Source: Deltaproteobacteria bacterium (GTDB lineage: Bacteria; Myxococcota_A; UBA9160; UBA4427). From it: a stretch of DNA of 64,000 nucleotides. Under the pieces are notes generated by a model. The model made no database searches, had not been told where the DNA came from, and saw only the letters and a program-made list of their open reading frames with translations. Of the stretch, positions 29,163 through 38,509 are shown in pieces; the first letter of the stretch is position 1; each line of letters begins with the position of its first letter. The translations under genes were made by a program, and so were the position numbers. The stretch covers positions 28,051-92,050 of the forward strand of contig JAJDAN010000038.1 of NCBI GenBank assembly GCA_029261855.1, written 5' to 3'.

Positions 29163-29651
29163 CTAGGGTCCGGGCGAGTCTTCGGGCTCGCTGTCCGGTT
29201 CCGGCGGACCCTTGAGCTCGACGGTATTCCCGTCGGGATCGAGCAGGTAGATGGAAGGCCCGTTGCCCTGAGCGCCGTAGCGACGTCCGACCTCGCCGGC
29301 CTCGATGCCGTGAGACAGGAGGTGAGCGCGGATCGCGTCGGCGTCGAAGCTCGCGATCTGGAGGGCGAAGTGATCCATGTTGCGGCCGCCGGCGCCGGCG
29401 GCTGGTGCCGCGCCTCCGCCCGCGCGACCCAGGGGCGAGTCGACGGGAACGAGGTCGATCAGGGATGCCCCCGCGCGGAGCTGGACGAGACCGATGCCGT
29501 CGATGCGACGCTCTTCCGCGCAACCGAGGGCGTCCCGGTAGAAGGCGAGCGCGCGTTCGAGATCCGCGACCCGGATGACGACGTGGTCGAGGCCCTGGAT
29601 GTCGACGGGGCTGTCGACGGGATCGTCGCTCGAGGTGTCCTTGGCCGTCAT
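29163..29651 (-). CDS. VOC/glyoxalase-family protein
   Basis: 162 aa from ATG 29651. LDHVVIRVADLERALAFYRDALG, MDHFALQI, LLDPDGNTVEL. It is only the last part of the 1090-aa track ORF. Confidence 0.8.
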   Translation of the reverse strand: MTAKDTSSDDPVDSPVDIQGLDHVVIRVADLERALAFYRDALGCAEERRIDGIGLVQLRAGASLIDLVPVDSPLGRAGGGAAPAAGAGGRNMDHFALQIASFDADAIRAHLLSHGIEAGEVGRRYGAQGNGPSIYLLDPDGNTVELKGPPEPDSEPEDSPGP

Positions 29652-29680
29652 ACGTCCCGGGGTCCCACCTGCCGCTGCGG

Positions 29681-30898
29681 TCAACAGTCGAGGAGCACCC
29701 GAAGGTACCGATCGATCGCCGCATCTGCCGCGAAGCCTTCCGCCCGATCTCGGAGCGGCTCGGGGGCGGGCGGGTGGGCGAGCCCCCGCAATATCGCGTG
29801 CGCCAGGGCGTCGGGGTCGCCGACGGGCACGAGGTCGCCGTAGCGGCCATCGGCCAGGATCTCGCGCGGTCCGCTCGGACAGTCCGTGCTGACGACGGGG
29901 CAGCCGCAGGCGAGCGCTTCGATCAACGCCCCGGGGAGACCTTCCCAGACCGAGGAAAGCACGAAGACCCGTGCGCGCGACATGAAGGCGTAGGGGTTCG
30001 CCACGTAGCCGGGCAGCGACACCCGTTCCCGGAGGCCGAGTCTTTCGATTGCGGAGGTCAGACGCTTTCGCTCGTCGCCCTCGCCCAGGATGACGAGCCG
30101 CAGGCCCGGGTTCGTCGCGCCGATCTTCGCGAACGCCTCGAGCAGGGTCGTGAAGCCCTTCTGCCGGACGAGCCTTCCCGTCGCCAGGACGACGGGTTCG
30201 CCTCCGTCGAGCCAGGCATGGTTCGCGGGCTCCGCGGCCAGACGGCGGATGCGTTCGAGGTCGATCGGGTTGTAGAGCGTGTCGATCCGTTTGCGATCGA
30301 TACCCGTCGCGGCCGCGAGATCGTCGGAGACGCCGTCGGACACCGACGTGATCGCGTCGGCCCGCGGATACATTCGCGCCACGAGCGGTGCGACCCCGCG
30401 CCAGCGGCCCGCGCGCTTGCGTGAAATCTGCTCGGACAGATGCGTGCGTTCGCTGACGACGACGCGCGTGCGCGACTGGGACAGCTCCCGCGCCCACAAC
30501 GCGGCCAGGTTCGAATGTGTCTTGCCGGAAAGCAGCGCGTCGGGCCGAGCACTCGTGAGATAGTTTGCGAGCGCGCCGACACAGCGGTACGCGGGCGGGT
30601 CGGAAAGAGAGAGCAGGACCGGTCGCAACAGCTCCCGCCAGGGCCCCGGATGGACCCCCGCCAGACGGCGCCGGGACGCGGCTCGGCTTTCCTGTGCGAG
30701 GGGGATGATCTTGACGGCGGGATCGACACGCTCGAGATGGGGTCCGTCGGCACGGCAGAGCACGAGGTCGACGTGGCAGCCGCGCGCGCTGAAGCCGTTC
30801 GCGAGGTCGACATAGGTTCGCGCGACACCTCCCGCAACGAGGGAGGGCAGGAACATCGCCACGTGCCGGCCAGTCACACTTTCGGTTCTGTCGCTCAT
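29681..30898 (-). CDS. glycosyltransferase family 4 (GT-B, Glycos_transf_1)
   Basis: 405 aa. ATGRLVRQKGF, SSVWEGLPGALIEALACGCPVV (E-x7-E motif). Confidence 0.85.
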   Translation of the reverse strand: MSDRTESVTGRHVAMFLPSLVAGGVARTYVDLANGFSARGCHVDLVLCRADGPHLERVDPAVKIIPLAQESRAASRRRLAGVHPGPWRELLRPVLLSLSDPPAYRCVGALANYLTSARPDALLSGKTHSNLAALWARELSQSRTRVVVSERTHLSEQISRKRAGRWRGVAPLVARMYPRADAITSVSDGVSDDLAAATGIDRKRIDTLYNPIDLERIRRLAAEPANHAWLDGGEPVVLATGRLVRQKGFTTLLEAFAKIGATNPGLRLVILGEGDERKRLTSAIERLGLRERVSLPGYVANPYAFMSRARVFVLSSVWEGLPGALIEALACGCPVVSTDCPSGPREILADGRYGDLVPVGDPDALAHAILRGLAHPPAPEPLRDRAEGFAADAAIDRYLRVLLDC

Positions 30899-30955
30899 CG
30901 TCGAGCGGGGAGCCTACCCGAGCGACACGGGTGCGAGCGAGACCCGACGGACCCG

Positions 30956-32962
30956 CTAGCCCAGAAAGGACAGCGCGATGCACCCGGCGAGAGTCGCCAG
31001 CCAGCCGCAATAGGCCCAGCGCAGGGGTGCGACGCGGCTCGGCAGACGTTCGAGGGGCCAGGCAAACCCGAGTCCAGCAAAGATCGACAGCGGAACGATG
31101 GCGCAGAGCACGTAGAAGGCCTTGGCCTGGGCGTAGAAGGGCAGCTGGAAGGTGATCGCCAGCAGCGCGAAGGAGGCGACTCCGGCGAAGACGACGAGCA
31201 GGCAGCCCGCGAGTCGCAGACCGAGGTCCGATTCGGTGAGGCAGAAACGGACTGCCCGCAATGCGCCGGCCAGCAAGAGCAGGCTCGCCGGGAACGCCAG
31301 CCAGTAGCCCGCCGTCATGTAGTCGTAGCGCCAGGCGTCGTGGCGCGTGGCGACCTGCACCATCCCCGCGACCAGCCCGTCTCCCCAGAAAGTGGAATAG
31401 ACGCCGTCCCAGAACGACGCGTAGCCCGCGAAGAACGGGTAGGACAAGGCCTGACCGAAGCTCGTGTAGTAGGTCGAAGTATGGAAGCCAGGCTGCTCCC
31501 ACCAGGCGATCTGTCCGGGCAGATTCCAGTTGCCGACGACGGGGCTCCCGAACAGTCGCCAGCTGCGCCAGTAGAACCAGCCGCCGATGGCCGCGACCCC
31601 CGCCAGTACCGCAGCCGTTGTCCCGAGCGCCCGAGTCGGTCGCCAGCGGTCGACGAGCCACAGCTTGACGGCCAGGAAGAACCCGATGACGGGCACCGCC
31701 AGCAGCGCCGTGAACTTGGTGAGGATCGCGAGCCCGAGCAACACGGAGAGGGACGCCATGCGGCGAAGGGAGCCGGTGGGGGCGACGAGCAGCGCACACG
31801 CCACGCACAGGGCGGCGCTGACCAGGGCGGCGTGAACCGGCTCGTTGGAGACGTACGCGCTCATGGTGAGGCTCATGGGCAAGAGCGCGGCGAAGCCCAC
31901 CGCCAGGCTGGTGCGAAGGGGGTCGCCCGCGAAGAGGCGGCGCGCGGTGAGCCACACGGCGAAGACGTTGACGAGCCCCGCAACGAAGCCGGGCAGTCGG
32001 TAGACCCAGCGCGCCGCTTCGTCCGCGGGTGCCACCCCGGTGAGCGAGCCCAGGCCGGCGATCAGCGCGTGTGCCAGGGGCGGGTGGTACATCGACCACC
32101 CGTCCGTGGCGAGGGGCAGCGCGCCGCGCTCGAGCAGGAACTGGATGTAGGCGAGGTGCCCTGGGATGTCGAAGCCCATGAGCAGGGGCAGGCGGCTGGT
32201 CTTCGTGACGTAGACGGCGGTCCAGAAGAGGATCGCGGCAGCTACGGTGGCTTCGGGCGCACGGCGGCGGAGACGCTCCGGCAGGCTGCGCCCCAGGGCG
32301 AAGGAGGCCGCAACACCCAGCGCGAAGAGCAGGCCCAGGACGCCGGCCCGCGCGACGAGTGCGCTGCCCGTCGATGGCAGCTCGAAGGACTGGGGGGCCG
32401 GACGCGTGTCGCTTGCGCGCATGGTCTCGACCCAACGCGCCTCGGGGTCGAGCGCGCGCCAGCTCGCGTCGCTCGAGACGATCGTCTCACCCTCGTCGCC
32501 CGGTTCGGTCGCGACGATCCGTAGCTGCAGGAGCGCGGGGCCCCGAGGGTTCGCGACGCGCACGCGGATCTCGTTCGCGCCTGCGCGCAGTGCGTTGGTG
32601 ACCTCACCCGTTTGGGTCCGCTTCCAGTTGGCGTCGCGCCCCGTCTGCCACAACCGGGTCTCGTTGACGCGAAGCTCGCCTTCGCCGACGGCGCGGATCT
32701 CGAACTCAGCCCGCGACGGCACCTCCTCGAGCTCGAAGGCCTTGACGAAGGTGTAGGCGGGCACGTTCGTCAGGTCGACGCGGATCCCATCGCTGTCCAC
32801 GGGGTGGTAGGGGGTGATCCAGTCGCCGCCACCGTTCGTCAGGAACGGCACGTCCGTTTCGAAGAAGACCGCTCGGGTGATCCACCCCGCTGCCAGCGCC
32901 AGCGCCAGTAGCGCGAGGCCCAGCTGCCAGCGGGTAATCCAGGCCGTCGAGTCGGGCTTCAC
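30956..32962 (-). CDS. GT-C-type (ArnT/PMT_2-like) membrane glycosyltransferase with N-terminal ~190-aa extracytoplasmic domain
   Basis: 668 aa. TM1, then a soluble beta-rich segment (..NALRAGANEIRVRVANP..LQLRIV), then ~12 TM with MGFDIPGHLAYIQFLLERGALP and YHPPLAH, typical of PMT_2-type GT-C proteins. Confidence 0.75.
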   Translation of the reverse strand: MKPDSTAWITRWQLGLALLALALAAGWITRAVFFETDVPFLTNGGGDWITPYHPVDSDGIRVDLTNVPAYTFVKAFELEEVPSRAEFEIRAVGEGELRVNETRLWQTGRDANWKRTQTGEVTNALRAGANEIRVRVANPRGPALLQLRIVATEPGDEGETIVSSDASWRALDPEARWVETMRASDTRPAPQSFELPSTGSALVARAGVLGLLFALGVAASFALGRSLPERLRRRAPEATVAAAILFWTAVYVTKTSRLPLLMGFDIPGHLAYIQFLLERGALPLATDGWSMYHPPLAHALIAGLGSLTGVAPADEAARWVYRLPGFVAGLVNVFAVWLTARRLFAGDPLRTSLAVGFAALLPMSLTMSAYVSNEPVHAALVSAALCVACALLVAPTGSLRRMASLSVLLGLAILTKFTALLAVPVIGFFLAVKLWLVDRWRPTRALGTTAAVLAGVAAIGGWFYWRSWRLFGSPVVGNWNLPGQIAWWEQPGFHTSTYYTSFGQALSYPFFAGYASFWDGVYSTFWGDGLVAGMVQVATRHDAWRYDYMTAGYWLAFPASLLLLAGALRAVRFCLTESDLGLRLAGCLLVVFAGVASFALLAITFQLPFYAQAKAFYVLCAIVPLSIFAGLGFAWPLERLPSRVAPLRWAYCGWLATLAGCIALSFLG

Positions 32963-32989
32963 GAACGCTCCGGGAAGTTCGTCAGACGA

Positions 32990-33736
32990 TCAGCGCAGAT
33001 AGCGCTGACGAATGCGGTACAGCTCGAACAGGGACCGGAAGAAGTCTCCCGGTCTCACCTTCGATCCGGCGACGTCACGCCATTCACGCAGGGGGATCTC
33101 CCGGATCGCGTGCCTCGGGTCCGGCCCCTCCCCGCGTCGATGCGCCTGGATCATGCGCGCGACGATCTCTACGTCGAAGATCCAGTTGGCCTCGAAGCGC
33201 TCGCGGAAGAGCGCGCGTGACCCGGCGGATGCGCGGAACAGCTTCGCGCCGCACTGGGTGTCGTAGACGGGCAGGCCGAGTGTGGCCGAGATGGCGGTCG
33301 CGCTGACCCGTCCGAGATAGTGGCGGGCGGCCCTTCGCTCGATGGTGCGACCCAGCAACCTGACGCGACTGCCGAAGAGCACTTCGAGTGCCGGGTGGTC
33401 GTCGAGAACGCGGGCGAAGCGCGGGACCTCGTCGAGAGGTGTCGCGAGGTCGGCGTCCCAGAAGCCGGCGTAGTGCGCACCGCGCTCGAAGGCCTCGAGC
33501 ATGCCTCGTCGCACGGCCTCGGCCTTGCCCTGGTTGGTCGCCTGGGCGAGGACCGAGAGGGAAGCATGGTCCGCGGCGAGCTTCTCGAGCAGCTCGCCGG
33601 TGCGATCGCTGCTGCCATCGTCCACGAAGAGCAGCTGGACGTCGTCGTGGCGCCGGACGAAATCGACGATGCTGTCCTGCGGAAGCCGGTGCGCTTCGTT
33701 GTAGCAGGGGACGACGATGCAGGTCTTCACGGGCAC
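32990..33736 (-). CDS. GT2, polyprenyl/dolichyl-phosphate beta-glucosyltransferase (ALG5)-like
   Basis: 248 aa. VVPCYNEAHRL, FVDDGSSDRT, NQGKAEAV, FWDADLATP, YDTQCGAKLFR, WIFDVEI, WRDVAGSK. Confidence 0.85.
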   Translation of the reverse strand: MPVKTCIVVPCYNEAHRLPQDSIVDFVRRHDDVQLLFVDDGSSDRTGELLEKLAADHASLSVLAQATNQGKAEAVRRGMLEAFERGAHYAGFWDADLATPLDEVPRFARVLDDHPALEVLFGSRVRLLGRTIERRAARHYLGRVSATAISATLGLPVYDTQCGAKLFRASAGSRALFRERFEANWIFDVEIVARMIQAHRRGEGPDPRHAIREIPLREWRDVAGSKVRPGDFFRSLFELYRIRQRYLR

Positions 33737-33739
33737 AGT

Positions 33740-35446
33740 CTAGTCGGCTGTCCGGCTTCGTCGCATGAGCAGGACGAGCCAGACGAGCATTCCCGACGCA
33801 GCCAGCAGCGACGTCGCGTTGGCGATGCTTCTTGCAGGGGTGTTGCCGAAGTGCGCGGTGACGCGATGGTCGCCGGGTGGGAGATCCACGCGCAGGCGTC
33901 CGAGGCGATCCGGAGACCCCGAGATCGGGACCGGCTTCCCGTCGACCTCGAGACGCCAACCGGGGAAGTCGTAGCTGTTGAGTGTGAGCAGCCGCGTCGC
34001 CGGTCCTTCCACCCGGACGTCGAGGCTGATGCGGCGGCTCGATCGGGAAGCGTCTTGGACCGCGATTCCCGCGGCGGGCTCGGCGGGAGGCGGCAGGACC
34101 CGTGGCGGATTCGCCAGGAATGCATCGAGATCGACACCCGCTGGGAGGAAGTCGAACAGGCCGTGGCGCGACCTGGCGACCTCACGAGGGTTGGCGAGCA
34201 CCTCGTCGCGAACGTCGTGCATGGCCCGGGGCTGGAACCAGCTCCACGATGTCGCGATCGCACACGCGCACAGCACCCCGGCCGCGATGTCGGCGGCGCG
34301 GCCCTGCTTGCCGAGGGCCTGGACCGCGTAACCGGCGGCAAACGAAAATCCAAAGGTCGCGAGCGAGAGGAAGCGCCAGGGAAACTGCAGAAACGCGAGC
34401 GGAGGCAGCGCGTCCCAGACGGGCCGCGAGGCGGCCAGGGTCATGGCCAGCGCCGCGACGCCGGAAGCCAGCAGCCACGCCGTCGCAGATCCGGCGGGTC
34501 CGACTTCAGCGCGTCGTGCTCGAATCCCCAGCACCCCGGCGGCAGCCGCGGCCGCCATCAGCTGGACGGGGCCGACGAACAACGACATGCCGTCGGCGCT
34601 CCGGAACGGGCCGTAGGACCAGCTGCTGCCCAGGGCGAAGAGCTCCGTGAAACGGAGGTAGTTGTTTTCGAAGCGTGCCCAGGGCTGCAGGCTGGTGAGG
34701 GTCTCGGCATGAATGTGCCCGAGCTCGAGCAGAGCGGGCGCGACGAACCACGCGGCGAGTGCCACCGCGAAGCCATGACCCAGCAAGACGTCGCGCAGGG
34801 CCCGGGTGCGATGCGGTGGCCTCACGTCGCGCAGCCACCACAGCAGCCAGGCCGCGTAGGGGACGGCGATCATGAGCGCCGTGATGTCGTGGGTGAGGAG
34901 CAGCGCCGCCCAGGCGAGCGCGCAGGCGAGCGGCCACAGGCCGCCGCCACGAAGCGTGCGCTCGCCGGTCCAGAAGACGAGCGGAATCCATGCGAGGGCC
35001 CACGTCTCCGCGAAGGCGCCACGTACGAAGATGTCGAGCGCCTGGTAGGGCGCGAGGGTGTAGACCACCGCCGCGGCGATCCCGCCGTTCGTTCCGAAGA
35101 ACGAGCGGGCCAGGCCGTACATGCCGAGTGCCGACACGAGGAGCGCGAGCCACAGCGCGCCCTTGACGGCAACCAGGAAGCCGGCGCCCAGCGCGCGGAG
35201 GCCCGCGGCGATGTGGGTGGGGAGGGGTGGGTAGAAGTTGAACAGCGGGTAGCCGTAGCCCGCGCCCATGTGCGGGACCCAGCGGCAGGGGATCTGCGCG
35301 TCGGCGAAGCAGGCTTCGAGCTCGACCAGACGATGCAGGTTCAACAGTCCGTCGTGAGAATCGTAGTAGCCGGGTCGGGCGAGCGAGCTGCCGGCAAGCA
35401 GGGCCACCGCCACGACGACCACCAGGCCGAGAACCTGTCGCCGCAC
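33740..35446 (-). CDS. YfhO/COG5617-like polytopic membrane protein (GT-C-like)
   Basis: 568 aa. N-terminal YYDSHDGLLNLHRL...GYGYPLFNFYPPL, many TM segments, C-terminal soluble part with NSYDFPGWRLEVDGKPV as in YfhO-type proteins, and a terminal TM. Confidence 0.7.
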   Translation of the reverse strand: MRRQVLGLVVVVAVALLAGSSLARPGYYDSHDGLLNLHRLVELEACFADAQIPCRWVPHMGAGYGYPLFNFYPPLPTHIAAGLRALGAGFLVAVKGALWLALLVSALGMYGLARSFFGTNGGIAAAVVYTLAPYQALDIFVRGAFAETWALAWIPLVFWTGERTLRGGGLWPLACALAWAALLLTHDITALMIAVPYAAWLLWWLRDVRPPHRTRALRDVLLGHGFAVALAAWFVAPALLELGHIHAETLTSLQPWARFENNYLRFTELFALGSSWSYGPFRSADGMSLFVGPVQLMAAAAAAGVLGIRARRAEVGPAGSATAWLLASGVAALAMTLAASRPVWDALPPLAFLQFPWRFLSLATFGFSFAAGYAVQALGKQGRAADIAAGVLCACAIATSWSWFQPRAMHDVRDEVLANPREVARSRHGLFDFLPAGVDLDAFLANPPRVLPPPAEPAAGIAVQDASRSSRRISLDVRVEGPATRLLTLNSYDFPGWRLEVDGKPVPISGSPDRLGRLRVDLPPGDHRVTAHFGNTPARSIANATSLLAASGMLVWLVLLMRRSRTAD

Positions 35447-35447
35447 G

Positions 35448-36923
35448 CTAGTTGCGGCCCTTGGCGTCGAGTGCCCGCGTCAGCGCCCACACGCAGGCGG
35501 CGAGTGCCACGAGATCCAGTCCGACGAGGACGAGCACCGCGACCGGGCTCCCCGTGAAGCCCGCCCAGCCCTGCCAGACGTCGGCGAGCCACGAATCGTA
35601 AGGGCCACCGCTCACGAGCAGTCCCGACATCACGACGACTGGGCTGCGCGCCGCGACGAACAGGAAGTCCGCCTGGTCCGGACCGTTCACCGGATAGCCG
35701 GCGAGGGTCGGGACCGAGCCCCAGCGCACGACCGTCGAGACGACCTGCACGCCGAAGCCCACGACACCGAGCCCGACCGCCACGAGCCAGCGCGAGCGTC
35801 CATGCAACCACAGTCCGAGCGGGGCGAGCAGCAGTGGGACCAGTACGAACAGGTACCGGGGGCCGGGCGCCGACCAGAGTCCGCTCCAACCGTCGAAGCG
35901 CGCATAGAAGACCAGCCAGGTCGCGGTCATGCCCAACAATGCCAAGGCCATGGATCGCTCGCGGCGCCACAGCGCCGCCAGTCCGAGCGGCGCGATCAAC
36001 AGCAGCGGGGAGTAGACGAAGACGCTCGAGCCCGGGCTCAGCAGCAACCCCGCCAGGCCGCGCAGTATCGGGTGTCCGAAGCGGCTCTGCTGCTCGACCA
36101 TCGGCGACCCGAGCCACGAGCCCCAGCGTGCCTCGTTGATTCCGAGGTGCAGCGCGATGGCCACTGCGAGCGGCAGGAGGATCGCGCCGAGCACGCGCGT
36201 CTGGTGGGGCACCGAAGCCCGCAGGTCTCCGCGTCGCTGCAGCGCCCACAGCAGGTAGCCGGCGAGGACCGGCGCCGCGAGCGCAGCCGGGACCCGGACC
36301 AGCAAGGTCAGCGATGCGAGCGCGCTGCCCGCCGCCAGCGCTCCGAGAGAGGCTCCGTGCGCATACCGACGGAACAGCAACAACGCCCCGAGCAGGGTCA
36401 CGGCCTCGGTGCCGTGACGCAGGAAGTAGGTGGACATCACCAGGGTGTGGGTCGAGGCGGCCAACAAGGCGGCAACCCCGGCGGCACTGCGTTCGGGTAC
36501 ACCCAGATCGCGCTCGAACTGATAGAACAGGCCGATCAGGCCGGCGGCCATCAGCGGGCCGAGCATCCCCACCAGAGTCGCCTCGAGCTCGCCGCCGAAG
36601 CGGTAGGGTCCGCGTTGCCTGGGTGGGCCGGACATCGCCTGGACCGCCCGCGCTGGGAGCAGTTCGCGCAGGGGTGTGGCCAGGGCGTAGAGGGGCAGTG
36701 CCAGCGCGGACTGGCCCGGCGCGAAGTAGCTGTAGCGGCGACCGTCGACACCGACTTCGGTGTGGCGCAGCGGCGGCACGACGAGATCGCCGCGCTCGTA
36801 GAGAGAGCGCGTCATCTCGAAGACGGCCAGCTCGTCGCTGCCCTTGAAGTGGCCGTGATGGAAGAGCAGGAAGAAGAGGAAGCTCGCGCAGCCGAGCAGC
36901 AGTGCGATCCGGCGCTCGTTCAT
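35448..36923 (-). CDS. GT-C-type membrane glycosyltransferase-like protein
   Basis: 491 aa. First loop HFKGSDELAVFEMTRSLYERGDL (acidic loop-1 motif), ~11 TM. Its stop lies 1 nt from the next start (35446/35448). Confidence 0.7.
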   Translation of the reverse strand: MNERRIALLLGCASFLFFLLFHHGHFKGSDELAVFEMTRSLYERGDLVVPPLRHTEVGVDGRRYSYFAPGQSALALPLYALATPLRELLPARAVQAMSGPPRQRGPYRFGGELEATLVGMLGPLMAAGLIGLFYQFERDLGVPERSAAGVAALLAASTHTLVMSTYFLRHGTEAVTLLGALLLFRRYAHGASLGALAAGSALASLTLLVRVPAALAAPVLAGYLLWALQRRGDLRASVPHQTRVLGAILLPLAVAIALHLGINEARWGSWLGSPMVEQQSRFGHPILRGLAGLLLSPGSSVFVYSPLLLIAPLGLAALWRRERSMALALLGMTATWLVFYARFDGWSGLWSAPGPRYLFVLVPLLLAPLGLWLHGRSRWLVAVGLGVVGFGVQVVSTVVRWGSVPTLAGYPVNGPDQADFLFVAARSPVVVMSGLLVSGGPYDSWLADVWQGWAGFTGSPVAVLVLVGLDLVALAACVWALTRALDAKGRN

Positions 36924-36946
36924 GCCGGTACGATACCCTCACGCCC

Positions 36947-38491
36947 GTGCCCGAGCGATCGGAACGCATCATCCTGGCGCTCTGTCTCGTCGCGGCGGCG
37001 GGCCATGCAGCCCTGTACCTCGGGCTGTCGCTCGAACGCATCTCCTATCCGTTCGAGCTCGAGTGGATGGAGAGCGGATCCCTCGAGCATGTCATGCGCG
37101 TGCTCCGCGGTCAGTCGCTCTACGTGGCGGCGTCCGTCGAGTTCGTTCCGTTCCCCTATCCGCCCGTGTACTACTACGTGTCCGCCGGGCTGGCGGGGCT
37201 GTTGGGCCCGGGCTTCCTGGCCCTGCGCGCGGTCTCCTTGTTGGCTTCCCTGGGCTCCGCCGCGGTCATCTTTCGCTTCGTCGCGCGAGACAGTGGCCGC
37301 CCGGTCTACGGCTTCATCGCGGCGGGGATCTTCCTCGGGACCTGGCGGGCGTCGGGGCTCTATTTCGACGTCGCGCGCCTCGATTCGCTCTTCACCTTCC
37401 TGCTGCTGGCAGCGGTCTTCGCTCTGCGCTTCCAGCGCGGTCGTCGAGGTCTCGCCGTCGCGGCCATCCTCGCTGTCCTCGCCGTGCTCACGAAGCAGAC
37501 CGGGGCCGCGGTGTTCGGGCTGCTTGCGCTCTGGTGCATCTGGACCGACTGGCGGGCCCATGGGCGCGACTGGGCGACGCTTCGGGACTGGGACCGGCTC
37601 TGGTACTTCGTGTTGCCCCTGGCGGGCGGCATCGGGCTCGCGACGGCGCTGCTCGAAACCCTGGACGGTGATTTCGTCCGCTACATCGTCGCCGTACAAC
37701 CGGGACACGACGTCAAGTGGGGCATGATCGGTTGGTTCTTCTGGCACGACCTGCTGGTCATCCTGCCCCTGCCGTCGCTGGTGGTGGCTGCCTGGCTGGG
37801 GTTGCTCGCTCCGTCCGGCGAAGCACGCAGTCGCGAAGAGGAGAGCAACCGCGTCTTCTACCTGGCCGCGCTCGTGGGCGTCTTGATCGCCTGCCTGGTG
37901 CCGCGAATCAAGGTCGGAGGCGCCGCCAACAATCTCATCCTCGTGCACGCCTGGCTGGTCGCCATGTTCGGGGTGGGTGTGGTTCGGCTGGATGCCTGGC
38001 TCGGCCAGGGGAGTCCGCGGCTTCGGGCGCGGCTTCCGGTCATCGTCGCCGTGTGTGCGTTGGTGCAGCTGCTCGTGCTCGTGCGTCTCCCCACCGGCTA
38101 CGTGCCGAGCGAAGCCGACCTGCGGGCGGGCCGCGCCCTTGCGGCCCGCGTTGCCGAGATCGAGGGAGAGGTCCTGATGCCCGTCCAGGGTCATGTCGCG
38201 GGGGACGCCGGCAAACGCGTCTACGCGCACCAGATGCCGGTCCTCGACTACTCGAGGAGCGGTCTCTCCGACGTCGACGATCTGCTCGCCTCCTACGAGA
38301 CCGCGATCCGGGAGCGACGCTTCGCCGTCGTCATCGACAGCAACACCGCCTTCCTTCGCCGCTATCTGTCGGACGGACTGCTCGAAGAGCACTACCGCAT
38401 GCAGGGTTGGTTGTTCCAGGACCCGAGAATTCTCACGCCAGTCTCCGGTGCCCAGATCCGCGTCGGAACGCTGTGGGTCCCGCGGGACTGA
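36947..38491 (+). CDS. GT-C-type (ArnT/PMT_2-like) membrane glycosyltransferase-like protein
   Basis: 514 aa from GTG 36947; the track start at 36902 would overlap the divergent 36923 start. YPFELEWMESGSL..LRGQSLY...PFPYPPVYYY loop-1 pattern, ~12 TM, C-terminal soluble domain. Confidence 0.7.
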   Translation: MPERSERIILALCLVAAAGHAALYLGLSLERISYPFELEWMESGSLEHVMRVLRGQSLYVAASVEFVPFPYPPVYYYVSAGLAGLLGPGFLALRAVSLLASLGSAAVIFRFVARDSGRPVYGFIAAGIFLGTWRASGLYFDVARLDSLFTFLLLAAVFALRFQRGRRGLAVAAILAVLAVLTKQTGAAVFGLLALWCIWTDWRAHGRDWATLRDWDRLWYFVLPLAGGIGLATALLETLDGDFVRYIVAVQPGHDVKWGMIGWFFWHDLLVILPLPSLVVAAWLGLLAPSGEARSREEESNRVFYLAALVGVLIACLVPRIKVGGAANNLILVHAWLVAMFGVGVVRLDAWLGQGSPRLRARLPVIVAVCALVQLLVLVRLPTGYVPSEADLRAGRALAARVAEIEGEVLMPVQGHVAGDAGKRVYAHQMPVLDYSRSGLSDVDDLLASYETAIRERRFAVVIDSNTAFLRRYLSDGLLEEHYRMQGWLFQDPRILTPVSGAQIRVGTLWVPRD

Positions 38492-38509
38492 GAGCGCGCC
38501 GCGGGCCGC

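Noticed and set aside
29137-29850. Upstream 238 codons of the 984-aa ORF 26896-29850
   Set aside because: Junk composition overlapping the VOC gene. The DUF3604 protein starts at ATG 29136, which has a strong Shine-Dalgarno and a signal anchor.
29652-32435. Upstream 928 codons of the 1090-aa ORF 29163-32435
   Set aside because: Arg/Pro/Gly-rich, and it overlaps the GT4 and GT-C genes in another frame. Only the last 162 aa (VOC protein) look real.
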